Source: Octopus sinensis (taxonomy: Eukaryota). Taken from it: a DNA stretch of 64,000 bases. The DNA is taken from assembly GCF_006345805.1 (NCBI RefSeq), contig NC_043008.1:73470001-73534000 (forward strand), read 5' to 3'. Every line of letters begins with the position of its first letter. Position 1 is the first letter of the stretch. The notes beneath the pieces were generated by a model that searched no databases, was not told the DNA's origin, and saw only the letters and a program-made list of their open reading frames with translations. A program made the position numbers and the translations under genes. Positions 11,351 to 23,470 of this stretch are shown here, piece by piece.

Positions 11351-12084
11351 ATATACGTGTAAGTACGTACGTAAGTATAATTGTCATTTTAGTAAAACAA
11401 TAATAAATTGACATAATATAATTCTAAAAGTTGATGAACCACCTATCTATCCCCTATATTTTCTTATTGCTCTCTCTCTCTCTCTCTCTCTCTCTATGTA
11501 TGTATATATATATACAAACTGTGACAAGAACGCAATACATTCAAATAGACGATACAAAAAACACGGACGGGTCATTCGAAGCCTCTAATCTTCAGTCAAG
11601 AACCGGATCATCCTCGCAATTTCGGCTGATTAATCTTGAGATTGCTCCGATCTGGCCAGCCCCAAGGAATAACTAAGATACGAGCATTTGATTTCTTGGA
11701 AAAAGAATCGAATGTATACGAAACAAGGACAGAAAAACGCACGATATTACACGAATATAAATACAAAAAACAATAATAATAATGCATACATAGACACAGA
11801 TATATGTATATGGATATATGTATATGGATATGCATGTAAACACACGCAACCAAAACACACACAGAGGCACATACACACAACGCACACACACACACACACA
11901 TAAGTTACGTTACGAGACAGAGGTTTGAAACGTATAAATGTACATAAAGTAAATATCGTAAAGTTGACGCTGTCAAGCGACTGGTCTATATTATTAAGTG
12001 TTAGACTATTAATAAAAGGAGTGCAGATGTTGCTCGAAAACACATGATAGGTTGCATTTCATATAATTTAAGACTAGCTCAAAT

Positions 12085-12119
12085 TATATATATATATATA
12101 TATACATACACACACACAC

Positions 12120-12171
<52 letters not shown>

Positions 12172-12283
12172 CACATACACACACATATATATATATGTAC
12201 GTATATGTATAGGTATATATATTTATACATGCCAGTTTGTGCATATGTGTATCTGTATACATGTATATACATACATATGTATG

Positions 12284-12337
<54 letters not shown>
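12085..12337. repeat. Compound (TA)n/(CA)n microsatellite
   Basis: Directly visible. Confidence 0.95.
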
Positions 12338-12340
<3 letters not shown>

Positions 12341-12559
12341 AAAGCAGTAACATTAAAAGAAGCAAAATCGATTACTACTTCAATAACGCGCTGGCGAGGG
12401 AGCCTGTACGTAGTCGTTAAAGTTGCTAGATATAACAGCACAATATCTCTCACATTATGCCTTAACGTCTTAAAAAAACATACTGGGTAAATTAACCCTA
12501 CATGTATTATACCTCAAAATGCGGGAATACAATCTTTAGAATTAAAGGAAAGTGCACTA

Positions 12560-12960
12560 TTCGTGGAAGGGTCGATTTTGTTCAAGATCATAGACTGTTT
12601 GCAGAAATATGACTGGAGATTAAAAATCTACAACGGCCTCAAAAATAGCTTCTACAGAAATTATAAGAATTATAAAGAACCAATAGTTAATCCAGCCACT
12701 TATTTCTGATATAAATCAGTTGAATACAAAGAAAATTATCCGTACTGGAGGATAGAGACAGAACTTCGATAAACTCCAACTTGTCCAACGTTAAGAAAAT
12801 ATAATTTGTAACGTTTAGAAAGGATGGCATTTATTTTATGAGTTTTCGGATGGAATTGGTTATCTAATTAAGTGGTAGTTCTTAATAAGATTCTTCGGCT
12901 GACTGCTGGAGCACAACCCCAATCGTTAAATTCAAATGTATCGCAAGAATCAAGCAGACA
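12560..12960 (+). pseudogene. Possible highly decayed PLE GIY-YIG fragment
   Basis: Broken translation KIYNGLKNSFYRNY and RKYNL*RLERMAF resembles the Y.G.T...FK.RY and C.LC..E motifs seen in the 933-bp unit; weak. Confidence 0.3.
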
Positions 12961-13714
12961 ATTTGGATTCAAATGATAGAAACTGCCTACATCATTAAAT
13001 GACAGTTCTTTTTTTTTTGTAAGCTATTGAAAATGTTCCTGTTTATTGTTGAAGATATTGACATTTTCTTTAAAATCAACAGTTATTTCTTTTTTTATTA
13101 TTATTATTTTATTTTGAGAAAATCCATATTTGCATTCACTGTTGTTATTGTTATTTTTTTTACGGTGTTGTTGTTGTTGAGACTGTTGCTGATATTGCTG
13201 CTGTTGTATTAGAGATAGAAGTAACTGCCAGAAGTGGCTTATTGATTACCAGTTTGGAAGCAATATCCTTGTTAGATGTTTGATTAAAAGAAGAGAAAGA
13301 CAAAGATTGTGTGAGGGAGATTGAGACATAGCTACAGAGGCAGAGAAATGGAAAGAGTGATATGTGAAGAGAAGAAAGAAAGACAAAAGTGGTGGGGAGG
13401 AACAAATGAAAATTATTTCATTGTGAACTGATCAGTTTTCAATCTAAGCTTACTGAAGCAAATAGTTGGTTGATAAGTTGAGTCAATAAATAAGGCTGGT
13501 TCATTGAAACGAAACGAAAATAAAGAAAATAAATAAATTAAAATAACACGAAAAATATATTTAAAGAAAAATAAACAGTCTTTTTTAAAAGATACACAGA
13601 GAGAGAGATACAGACAATACGCACGAAAATAAAAGATGTAAAATAAAAGGAGAAATATAGCAAACAATCTCGGGTCATTTTAATTTGGCATATAATTAAC
13701 AACATCAAGAACAA

Positions 13715-13808
13715 CGATGATGATGATTGTGATGAGGATGAGGATGAGGAAGATGATGATGATGATGATGACAACGACGATGATGATGGTGGTGATGATG
13801 ATGATGAT
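13715..13808. repeat. (GAT)n-rich trinucleotide repeat
   Basis: Directly visible. Confidence 0.9.
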
Positions 13809-14013
13809 AATAAATGGACAATAATAAAATAAAATTTAATGAGTTAAACTTTTTAAACACGAATTTTTTTTTAAAACGTCAATAATGAGAAGTCAATTAA
13901 AATGATTTTATCAATCATCTTTATAGCATTTTGTAACAAATCCAAGATACGTAGTCATGAACGTTAAACCTTTTAGAATAGTGAGAAGCATTGGGTTTTC
14001 ATTTCTATCAGTA

Positions 14014-14334
14014 TGAGGTTAACCAGATTCAATGTTTAATATGCAGTCTTAAAGTTTTAAAAGCAACGGTGTAAAAAAATGTATTGAACATAGTAAAATA
14101 AACACAGCAGACAAAATGAAAATATAAATTAGTAATCTGAAAATGTTTCCATTTTGTTTTTATTTTATTGATTTTAAGAATTATAATTTTAATATTTGAT
14201 TTATTCAAATTTTTGTTATGAAATGTTTTTATGGCATTAAGAGTGTGTGTTATTTGGTTACATGGTCTAAAGAACAAATGTTCTATTTGACCAAACTAAA
14301 ACTTTACTGCAAACGATTGATCTGGTTAACCTCT
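14014..14334. mobile_element. Candidate Tc1/mariner-type MITE
   Basis: Imperfect TIRs gaggttaaccagattcaatgttt (14015-14037) and aaacgattgatctggttaacctc (14311-14333); TA at 14012-13 and 14335-36. Confidence 0.5.
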
Positions 14335-14991
14335 TAGAGACGCTCTTTGTTTACTATGGAAACAATATATTTTGTGGGCCAATAATGTTCCCTAAAGAAC
14401 TGTACATGAAAAATATGTCTAGATAACCTATCTCTTAGTCATTTTAGTTATTTACTACAAAATAGCACCTGAATTCTTTCGTGAGTCACCAATTAAATCT
14501 ATTCAAATAATTGACATCTCTTCGTTGCAATGTGTTTACAGCATTTAACATGCAACTGAACTTTTCAACAATCTCTATCGACATTACATGAAGGGCATTG
14601 ATTAGGCATTGCCGTCAGTAATGTGTGAGTACTAATATTAATAATTTTAGAACCACAAATTCCTGCTCAGTTAATGCTGAACCCATTTTTCTTCTTTTTG
14701 CTTGTATTTCTTCTCTAATCTCGAGTACTTCTGATTCTGCTAGTTTATTTATATTTAGTAATATTGGTTTGTACTTATCTTCCTGTTCTTGTGTTTATTA
14801 TTGTTCGTTCCATTAATAACCAAGATCAATATATTTTACATATTCGATTATTCTATATAATTTTAATTTCCTTGTTTGTTTGGGTTTAAAAATTCCTATA
14901 AAAAAACTTTTAGAGGAATTACCTACTTTCATTCATTACTGATTATTTCTAAGTCTCACTTCTATCTAATTGTTTTTCTCTGTTTAATATT

Positions 14992-15187
14992 GGTTTCAAA
15001 TTTTAGCACAATGCCAGCAAGTTTGGGAAATGGGCTAAGTCGATACATCGACAACAGTACTCAACTGGTACTTATTTTATCGACCCTGAAAGGGTGAAAC
15101 ACACATTCGACCTCAGTGAAATTTGAACTCAGTACGTGAGACAGATGAATGCCCGGCGTGCTTAACGATTCTGCCAGCTCGCCGCCT
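14992..15187 (-). mobile_element. SINE family B
   Basis: Reverse complement ggcggcgagctggcagaatcgttaagcacg...gagttcaaatttcactgaggtcga...ggtcgataaaataagtaccagttgag...aaaatttgaaacc. Confidence 0.85.
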
Positions 15188-16676
15188 TCTCTCGTTATTA
15201 ATATCAGCAATTTTATTTATTTATTTCTCATGTGGGACTTATTGCACTGAGAACTAAATTTCAAGAAAGGTTCCTTACTAAATTCGTGTTGTGTACGAAA
15301 CCATGTTTGTATTTAATTTTTGTCATTTGCCGCATTAAATCCAAACTCAACATGTTTAAGGATTATTGACTGACATTCGGAAATCTTTGTAGCTTCTATT
15401 TACCCTAAAAGAGAAATTGAAAAAAGAAAGCTGGAGAGAGAAGGAGAGAAAGAAAGACAGAGAGTGGGGGGATCGAGAGAGAGGGAGCGGGAGAGAGGGG
15501 CGGGGAAAGGGATCGGGAGAGACGGAGCATTGGAAAAGGAGCGGGGAGAGGGAGCGTGTGGGAGTGAGGAGTAAGAAGATGAAGATACTGCAGATGTGAG
15601 AAAGAAATTCTCTTAGAATATTTCTCTTCCGTAAAGAATAAAAACTGGTGATTAAAGCGACATGATCGTTATTACAAAGACATGGCTTTGTCAAGGCAAT
15701 GCTGGAGTCCTTTAAATGTTCTTTCGAACAGCTAGAAATAATAAACACATATCACGTATTTTGACAAAAATGACACATTGGAAAACAGAATATAAATTTG
15801 GAAATAGATGACCTCGATCGGAATAGATGCAGACCTCAACAATAAGTAAAATCTCAAACAATAAAAAAAATCGTACGGATTTGGCACAAGCGTTCTCTGT
15901 TAACCTCAGAATGTCCGAATTATTCGTCACTAAGGAGAAAAAATAAAGTCAAAATACCGAGTCTGGAAACCAGCGAAACTTTGTGTTTCTAATACAAAAG
16001 TCTGTTTAAGATGTTTTACTAGGTCTAAATATTAGAGTTAGGGCCTTGCTACGTTTTTACAAACATTATACACACCGATATTATAATCTAAGATTGTTTA
16101 AGTCCATTTATTAATTTAAAGTCATCGTCTCTATGTATTATACGTATACGTATGTCTAATGAAGAGATGTAAGTTGTCAGACAAAGAGAAATACTATATT
16201 GTATTCCGTTATTTTTACCATAGTTTATGGAATTAAGTAATCAACTTTATTAGATTAAGGCTAATGACTTCTAACAGCTATTTATAAGTACAGCTAAATA
16301 CTGACACATGCTTGTATATTATAGTTATCATAAAAAATGTTTCCTCTGGGTTACTAAACTGCTAATGATATATTAAAAGGATGGGCACAAGCCACAAGCC
16401 TCAGGAAATTTTCGAGAATCTCATTATTTTCTATCAATAAGAAAAGTCTCGCTTCATAACAAATTTAACTAATAAATTTTAGGTTATATTATGCTGACGA
16501 TTTCTAAACAGAAATAAATAGTGCTCTGTAGGATTACCATTGAATAGAAATTTTAAGAACTTTGCAGCAAGTCATCAAAAAAAAGAAAATACATAAAAAT
16601 ATGTGAATTATATATATCCTTTCACTTATAATTCCTTAACACAAAAATTCAAATGTATAATCCCACCACATACTGA

Positions 16677-16888
16677 GGTCAAATTCTGGCACAAGTCTAG
16701 CAGTTTCGGGGTGGGGAGCACAAGTCCAACATTTCGACCCCAATGATTAACTGGTACTTAATTCATCGACCCCGAAAGGACGAAAGACAAAGTCGGCCCC
16801 GGTGGAATTTGAAATAAGAACGTAAAGAAGGACGAAAAATCACTAAGCATTTCGCCTGACGTGCTAGCGATTCCGCCAGCTCAGCACC
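16677..16888 (-). mobile_element. SINE family B
   Basis: Reverse complement ggtgctgagctggcggaatcgctagcacg...tcaaattccaccgggg...tttcggggtcgatgaattaagtaccag. Confidence 0.85.
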
Positions 16889-16937
16889 TTAATCCAGCCA
16901 AATATTATCAAAAATTGATTATCTTTCAAACAGTAAT

Positions 16938-17345
16938 AGGCGTAGGAGTGGCTGTGGTAAGTAGCTTGCTTACGAACCACATGGTTTCGGGTTCAGTCCC
17001 ACTACGTAGCACATTGGGCGAGTGTCTTCTACTATAGCCTGGGTCGACCAATGCTTTGTGAGTGGATTTGGTAGACGGATCCTGAAAGAAGCCCTTCGCA
17101 TATATGTATATATGTATGTGTATGTGTATATATGTATATGGTTGTGTGTCTGTTTGTCCCCCCAATATCTCTTGACAACCGATGTTGGTGTGTTTACGTC
17201 CCCGTAACTTAGCGGTTCACCAAAAGAACCCGATAGAATATGTACTAGGCTTACAAAGAATAAGTACTGGGGTCGATTTGCTCGACTAAAGGTGGTGCTC
17301 CAGCATGGCCGAAGTCACATGACTGAAACAAGTAAAAGAGTAAAA
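16938..17345 (+). mobile_element. Full-length SINE family A (OR-type CORE-SINE)
   Basis: tRNA-like head (gtggctgtggtaag; B box ggttcagtccc), CORE-like ttgggcgagtgtcttctactatagcc, internal TA/TG seed, tail gaaacaagtaaaagag. Confidence 0.9.
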
Positions 17346-17399
17346 TAATAATAGTATACTTAGAGAACACAAATGTATATATCTGTATATTCTCTCTCT

Positions 17400-17572
17400 T
17401 TTTTTGTTCATTTTAAAATCTCTCTCTGTATATTTTCTCGTGTTCCTTTCTGTTGAAGAGCGTAAGCTCGAAACGTAAAAGACTTTCTCACCTTCCCGAG
17501 CGTTAAACTAATACACCTGTTTGTTGTGTACACACCTTTCTTCGTCTTTTGTATTTTGTAAATTCCAACTAT
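17400..17572 (+). mobile_element. PLE-like tail with minimal HHR-like motif (17446-17481)
   Basis: CTTT-CTGTTGA-A-GAGC-gtaa-GCTC-GAAACGTA-AAAG; ends in (TA)n. Confidence 0.55.
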
Positions 17573-17584
17573 ATATATATAAAT

Positions 17585-18228
17585 ATATAGAGGGCACTAA
17601 TACACATAGATGGGAGGGACTCTTAAAGTCAAAACTACTAAAATAAATAAACACATCGTACCGAAAAAATTCTCGAAGCAGGTCATTTAAAAACAGAATT
17701 TAGCCACGTATCACACTGTGATTTCGTAATCAGTGCAGTATTATGCACGCTTAACTCTTCAGTGTGAGCATAATTCAAGATATATAATGAACAAACAAAA
17801 ACAACATACCAGGCGAACATCCATCGTATCCAACGCAGCATGTAGGAATGCTTATCCCTTACACATCTATGTAAATGGCGGGCTTTTTCGAATTGCATTT
17901 CGGTCACAACGTGCCTATTCGGAATATACCGGTTAAATTTACAATTTAAAAATAGGATAAAATCTTCATAAGAATTTATCAAGTAGTCAGCGTGAAAAAC
18001 CTCATAAGAGAAAAAACCCATCAATTTTTTCTTTTAAATTTATTTATTTATATTATATAGAGGGCACTATTACACATAGATGCCTCACTCTGGGAGGGAC
18101 ACTTAAAGTCAAAACTACTAAAATAAATAAATACGTACCGAAACAATTCTCGAAGCAGGTCATTTAAAAACAGAATTTAGCATCATATGACACTGATTTC
18201 GTAATCGGTGCAGTATTATGCACTCTTA
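17585..18228. repeat. Pair of about 170-bp direct repeats (17585-17753, 18055-18228)
   Basis: atatagagggcact...ttaaagtcaaaactactaaaataaataaa...tctcgaagcaggtcatttaaaaacagaatttagc...gtgcagtattatgcac occurs twice, 470 bp apart. Confidence 0.9.
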
Positions 18229-18240
18229 TATATATAGATT

Positions 18241-18291
<51 letters not shown>

Positions 18292-18584
18292 GGATATGTG
18301 TATGTATGTGTGTGTACTTATATGTATATATACACACACGCGCGCACAGACATACACACACATTTCAATAAAATTAGTTTTGACTAAGACATCAGGTTCT
18401 GCCTTGTACGCCATTCAGTAAGTTGAATAAACCACCAGACAAGATTTAAAGTCTCTGTGGAAACTACTTTTATAATAAAGTTCACTCTGCTTTCAGTATT
18501 GAGTGTACTCGTTCATGTTGCAGTCGTTATTCTTAAGCATTCTTTGAATTGTGACCATAATGGAAGACACATACAAACACGTCC

Positions 18585-18585
18585 A

Positions 18586-18682
<97 letters not shown>

Positions 18683-18695
18683 GTCTATCTATCTG

Positions 18696-18776
<81 letters not shown>
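18585..18776. repeat. (ATCT)n microsatellite
   Basis: Directly visible. Confidence 0.97.
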
Positions 18777-18786
<10 letters not shown>

Positions 18787-19719
18787 ACAAGGTATATACG
18801 TGTATATATATATATATACCTTATATATATATAAATGTCTATATGTATGTATGTCGAAGACAATTACAGTGAATACAGAGATTAGTGTATTTGCAATTTT
18901 TTTTTTATTTCTAGTCATTTGGTTTAAATTTCCCCGATGTAAGTTTCTGCTGCATAGACAATTAGCAATTGCATTTGAATCCAGTTACTTTAGATTTGTT
19001 ATCAGTTTATGTAACTTTATTCAAGATCCGTCCACTGGTGTGGTTTGACGGACCTTGAATAAGTTGCATAGACTAATAACCACTCGTACGTAACTGAATA
19101 GAAATGCAATTGTTGATTTCTATGCAGCAGTAACGTACGTCTGGCAAATTAAAAGTAACTATGCTATGTAACTGACTACAGAAAAAATGCAGATGTATTA
19201 ATCTCCGTATTCATCGTAATGGTCTTGGATACACATTCAGTAAAATATTTGTAACCCAGCAAAGCGAACCCTTGATTTACCCATCCAATGAACAACAGTC
19301 AGATTGTTCACTTTAAGTAATCTTAGCTGCTTCTTAATACCCGATGCTGTTAAACAGAAGCCGGATTTTAACTGACTACACCGCCTGGATAGTGTAGTAC
19401 TATCTATTCATCATGTAAGTATGTATATGTGGTTATATCGTTGTGTATCTGTGGGGGTACGTGTATGTATACATATGTATTCATATGTATACATATGAAT
19501 GTGTATAGCTGTATAGCTTGTGTTTGCTACTATATTTTGCATTGTAATTTCTGTATACACCAAGATGCTTTTGTCCGTTAAATATCTTCATAGTGAAATG
19601 TTTTGTCCTTCTATTACAATTTTGATACTCAAGACTCATCATCATCATCATCAGATTTATTATTATTACTTTCTTTTAATCTACATGTTTGTTACAATCC
19701 CTCGCTGAGACACACTCAG

Positions 19720-21600
19720 AGTCCTAGGGAGAGTGAAGGATAATATATATTACAGTATCAATGAAAGCTTGGGGAGGGAAAGTGGCAAGGTCAGTAGCGA
19801 AATATCTCCATATAATACAACACAAACATTTAAACTGATAGTGTTTTTCTAAGGATGTGGACAGTACTCGTCAGCACAATCTTTTGGATTCTCTGAGACA
19901 TGGTCCTCCTGGGGGTATTATCTAGATGTTTCTCACATACCTTTCTTATCATACCAAGGGCACCCAAAATAACAGGAAGAGTTCTCGCTTTAAGATGCCA
20001 CATCTTTTGTATTTCTATTTCCAGGTCCTTGTATTTACTTAGTTTGTCAAATTCCTTTACATGTATATTTTTATCAGTGGGAAAACTTACATCTATTAAT
20101 CTACAAGTATTTTCTTCTCTGCCTTTAATAATTATGTCTCGTCGATTAGCCTGGATCGTTCTGTCGGTGTTAACTGGAAAATCCCAGAGGATAGTGCTAT
20201 TTTTACATTCAGCGGCTGGTTCAGGATGATGTTCATACCAGTAAGCAGGAAAGCTGATTTTGTAGTGTTTATGTATTTTCCAATGTAAATACTGACCTAC
20301 CCTATCGTGACGATTTTTCTACTCGCTTGTTGTCAGCACAGGACATCCCGAAACGAGATGGTCTTTTGTTTCATCAAATCTGTCGCAGAATCTGCATTTA
20401 GGGTCAGAACCGTTTTGAAGAACGTTAGCCTGGTAGTTTTTGGTAAGCAAACTTTGATCTTGTGCCGCCAATATGAAACATTCAGTCTCTGCTTTCACTT
20501 CTGAACCTCTCGGCCACTGATGGGTTTATTTGGTCTATATCAGCATTTCGGTCTGGGAATATATTCTGTCCATGCCGAGGATATTTTGCTCCACCGCTCC
20601 TCAATTTGTTTCCGCCCGTTCTTTTTTTGTAGTCTGCTTGATCCGTTTTACTTTCTTCGTTTCAGGTTCTTCATCTAATTCAGGGTTAATGCTAAGTTCC
20701 CTTGCGAATTTGCAAGCTTCCTTGAGAATAAAATGTAATTTGTTGCTGCTTTCGTGTTAGCACACAAGCCACAGTATCCAGTCTTTTGTTCTAGATAAGT
20801 ACTTGTTCATTGCTATTCTGGAGGTTTTATAGCGCAGTTCTACCTGCATCATACTTCTATGTAGGTTAAAACGATTGATGTCTGCTTTTAGGTGGTGCAT
20901 CTTCTTACATGTTAGTAGTTTTCTTGTTTTCCTGTCCAGGCGTTGGAGTTCAGTAAGATTCCAGTTAATGATGTTAAAACCGTATGGGACTACTAGAAGT
21001 GCCAGAGCGTTAATGGCTTCGATGCACTTTTTAGAGTTAAATTCAGTTTTTAGTATGAGTCGTATTCTTCTGTAATACTCCTTTCGTACTTCTTCCTTCA
21101 AGGTAGCATGTTGTATATTGTCTCTTTCGTTTATCCCCAGGTATTTATAGATTTCATATGGGTCAAACGCCTTGATGGTAGTGTAAGTATTTAATTTAAT
21201 GGAAGTTGTTTGCTTGACCTTTCCTTTCACAAAAGTTGCCCTAACATACTTATCAAGACTAAAATCCATCCTGATGTCGCTTAACTCTTTAACTTTTGTT
21301 AACATCCCTACTAGCTCTTCGTCATTTCTAGCAAAAAGCTTCAGATCGTCCCTATAAAACAGCTGATTTATTATAATATTATACATTTTTAAAACATACT
21401 TGTTATTACTAAGTTCGTTTGAGAGTGGGATCAGTGCCATGCAGAAGAGTAATGGGGAGAGGGAGTCACCTTGAAAAATGCCTCGTTTAATGTTGATGTT
21501 GGTAGATTGTCTCATCCCATTACTATGGTTTAGAAGGAGACGTGTATTCCCCTTGGCCATGTTACTCTGTAAGAATTTGAAGACGGTAGTTCTCCCGACA
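19720..21600 (-). mobile_element. R4/Dong-clade LINE, 5'-truncated, decayed ORF (RT plus REL endonuclease)
   Basis: ORF 20757-21635 GIFQGDSLSPLLFCMALIPLS...YRDDLKLF...LDRKTRKLL; downstream ETECFILAAQDQSL...CRFC...HLVSGC...KLSKYKDLEIEIQKMWHLK. Confidence 0.9.
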
Positions 21601-21649
21601 TTTGACTTTCCGAAATCAAACGCTCTCGATATCAACGTTGCTTTTCAAC

Positions 21650-21967
21650 CTTTCAGGTTAGATAAATAGAATATTTGTCATGTAATGGGGTCAATATATT
21701 CGAATAACAATCTCCACGCAAAATCTCTGGCTTTGTGCTAAAATTTGAAACCTAAGGCGTTGGACTGCCAAAATTGTTTGTGCGTCAGACAAATGGCTAA
21801 GCTGTATTTCTTTCAGCTGTTTATGGTGTAAATTCAGATTCGGCCGAAGTCGAATTGGCCTTTTATCCTTCCGGGTTCGATAAAGTAAGTACTATATGAG
21901 AACTAGTGTCGATGTAATCGACAAGCCCTCTCCCCAAATTTCAGCTATTGTGCCTATAGTAGAAAGG

Positions 21968-21968
<1 letters not shown>
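21650..21968 (+). mobile_element. Two partial SINE family B copies
   Basis: Cores ctttcaggttagataaata...aaaatttgaaacc and ggccgaagtcga...ccttttatccttccgggttcgataaagtaagtac. Confidence 0.65.
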
Positions 21969-22053
<85 letters not shown>

Positions 22054-22101
22054 TATTATTATTATCATTATTATTATTATCATTATTATTATTATTATTA
22101 A

Positions 22102-22135
<34 letters not shown>
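21968..22135. repeat. (ATT)n microsatellite between convergent SINE tails
   Basis: Directly visible. Confidence 0.95.
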
Positions 22136-22136
22136 T

Positions 22137-22335
22137 ATTTGTTTATTTATTGCCCACAGGAGGCTAAACATAGAGGGGACAAACAAGGGCAGACAAAGGG
22201 ATTAAGTTGATTTCATCGACCCCAGTGCATAGCTGGTACTTAATTTATCGACCCCGAAAGGATGAATGGCAAAGTCGACCTCGGCGGAATTTGAACTCAG
22301 AACATAAAGACGGGCGAAATACCGCTAAGCATTTA
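22137..22335 (-). mobile_element. SINE family B variant with alternative 3' tail
   Basis: Family B core (gagttcaaattccgccgaggtcgactttgccattcatcctttcggggtcgataaattaagtaccag) followed by tail ccttgtttgtcccctctatgtttagcctcctgtgggcaataaataaaca. Confidence 0.85.
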
Positions 22336-22343
22336 GTCTGTCT

Positions 22344-22842
22344 GTGTCACTTTTGGGGTGGACTATCCCATTTCTAGTCAGCAACTTCCTTGTCTTTCTG
22401 TCTAAATTGCTTAGTCCGTCTATTGTCTATGCGATTAACTCTGCTCCTTATCTAAGGAGTGAAGCTACCCAGGTGTTGATAGCTTCAATCTTATTCCGTC
22501 CGTTTAATTTCAACTTAAGGATCAGTCTCAGTCTGCACATGAACTCCACCTTAAACTTTTCTGTCATTTCTTTTGCTATCAATTTATCCATTTCCAATAT
22601 CCCCAAGTACTTATCGCCCGTCTCTTCTACTTGCTTCATAACCTTCCCCGATGTTATTGCCAGCCCGTCCATACATTTGATTTTGCCTTTCGTCAAGACT
22701 AACACGTCGCACTTTTTCAGTCCGAACTCCATTCTGGTATCAGCACTGAAGGTATACACCATATCAACGAGGGAAATGACTTGGGATTCATCTTTACCAT
22801 AAAGTCTGAGGTCATCCATGAATAGCAAGTGGTTGACTTTCT
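22344..22842 (-). mobile_element. R4/Dong RT fragment adjoining (TTA)n 22845-22922
   Basis: KVNHLLFMDDLRLYGK...MEFGLKKC...KYLGILE...LRLILKLKLNGRNKIEAINTWVASLLR. Confidence 0.85.
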
Positions 22843-22861
22843 GTTATTATTATTATTATTA

Positions 22862-22922
<61 letters not shown>

Positions 22923-23321
22923 GAAACAAAAACGTAATTTTCACGGCAGTTTCCTGCAAGTATCTATTGCACTACTAGGTTTAGCATCGTGATTTTGAGT
23001 TATCTATATCATTGACATTAAATATTTCAACGTCATGTTACTACATCAGTGTTGTTTCGCTTCAGTAATTCACTTGTTACATCTAGGCCAAGTTTAATTT
23101 TTCATTATATAGATAATGTAGATCATTGTCTGTACAACTTCTTTAATTCATCTACACTCTATCTTACTGAGGCTGTAGTTTTTAACTGGTATGACAAAAT
23201 TGTTGATGCATATTATCTCCTTGGATTGGATTTCCTTTTAATTATTATTCCAATTCTCCTACAGCACCCTTTTCTGCAGTTTTCTCCTTGTTTTGTATTT
23301 TATTATTTCTTTTGTTTGTAT

Positions 23322-23470
23322 GGAGGCGATTTGGTAGAATCGTTAACATGCCGGACAAAATGCTTCACAGTATTTCTTCCGGCTTTATGTTCTGAGTTCA
23401 AATTCTACCGAATTCAACCTTGCCTTTAATAATTTCGGGGTCGATTAAATAGGTACCACTTGAGCACTGA
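23322..23470 (+). mobile_element. SINE family B 5' part
   Basis: ggaggcgatttggtagaatcgttaacatgccggac...ttctgagttcaaattc...tttcggggtcgattaaataggtacc. Confidence 0.75.

Noticed and set aside
11560-11690. Minus strand has GGCTG...CAGCC-GAAA and a separate CTGAAGA
   Set aside because: I could not assemble these into an HHR: no core precedes that stem and no NUH/stem III fits.
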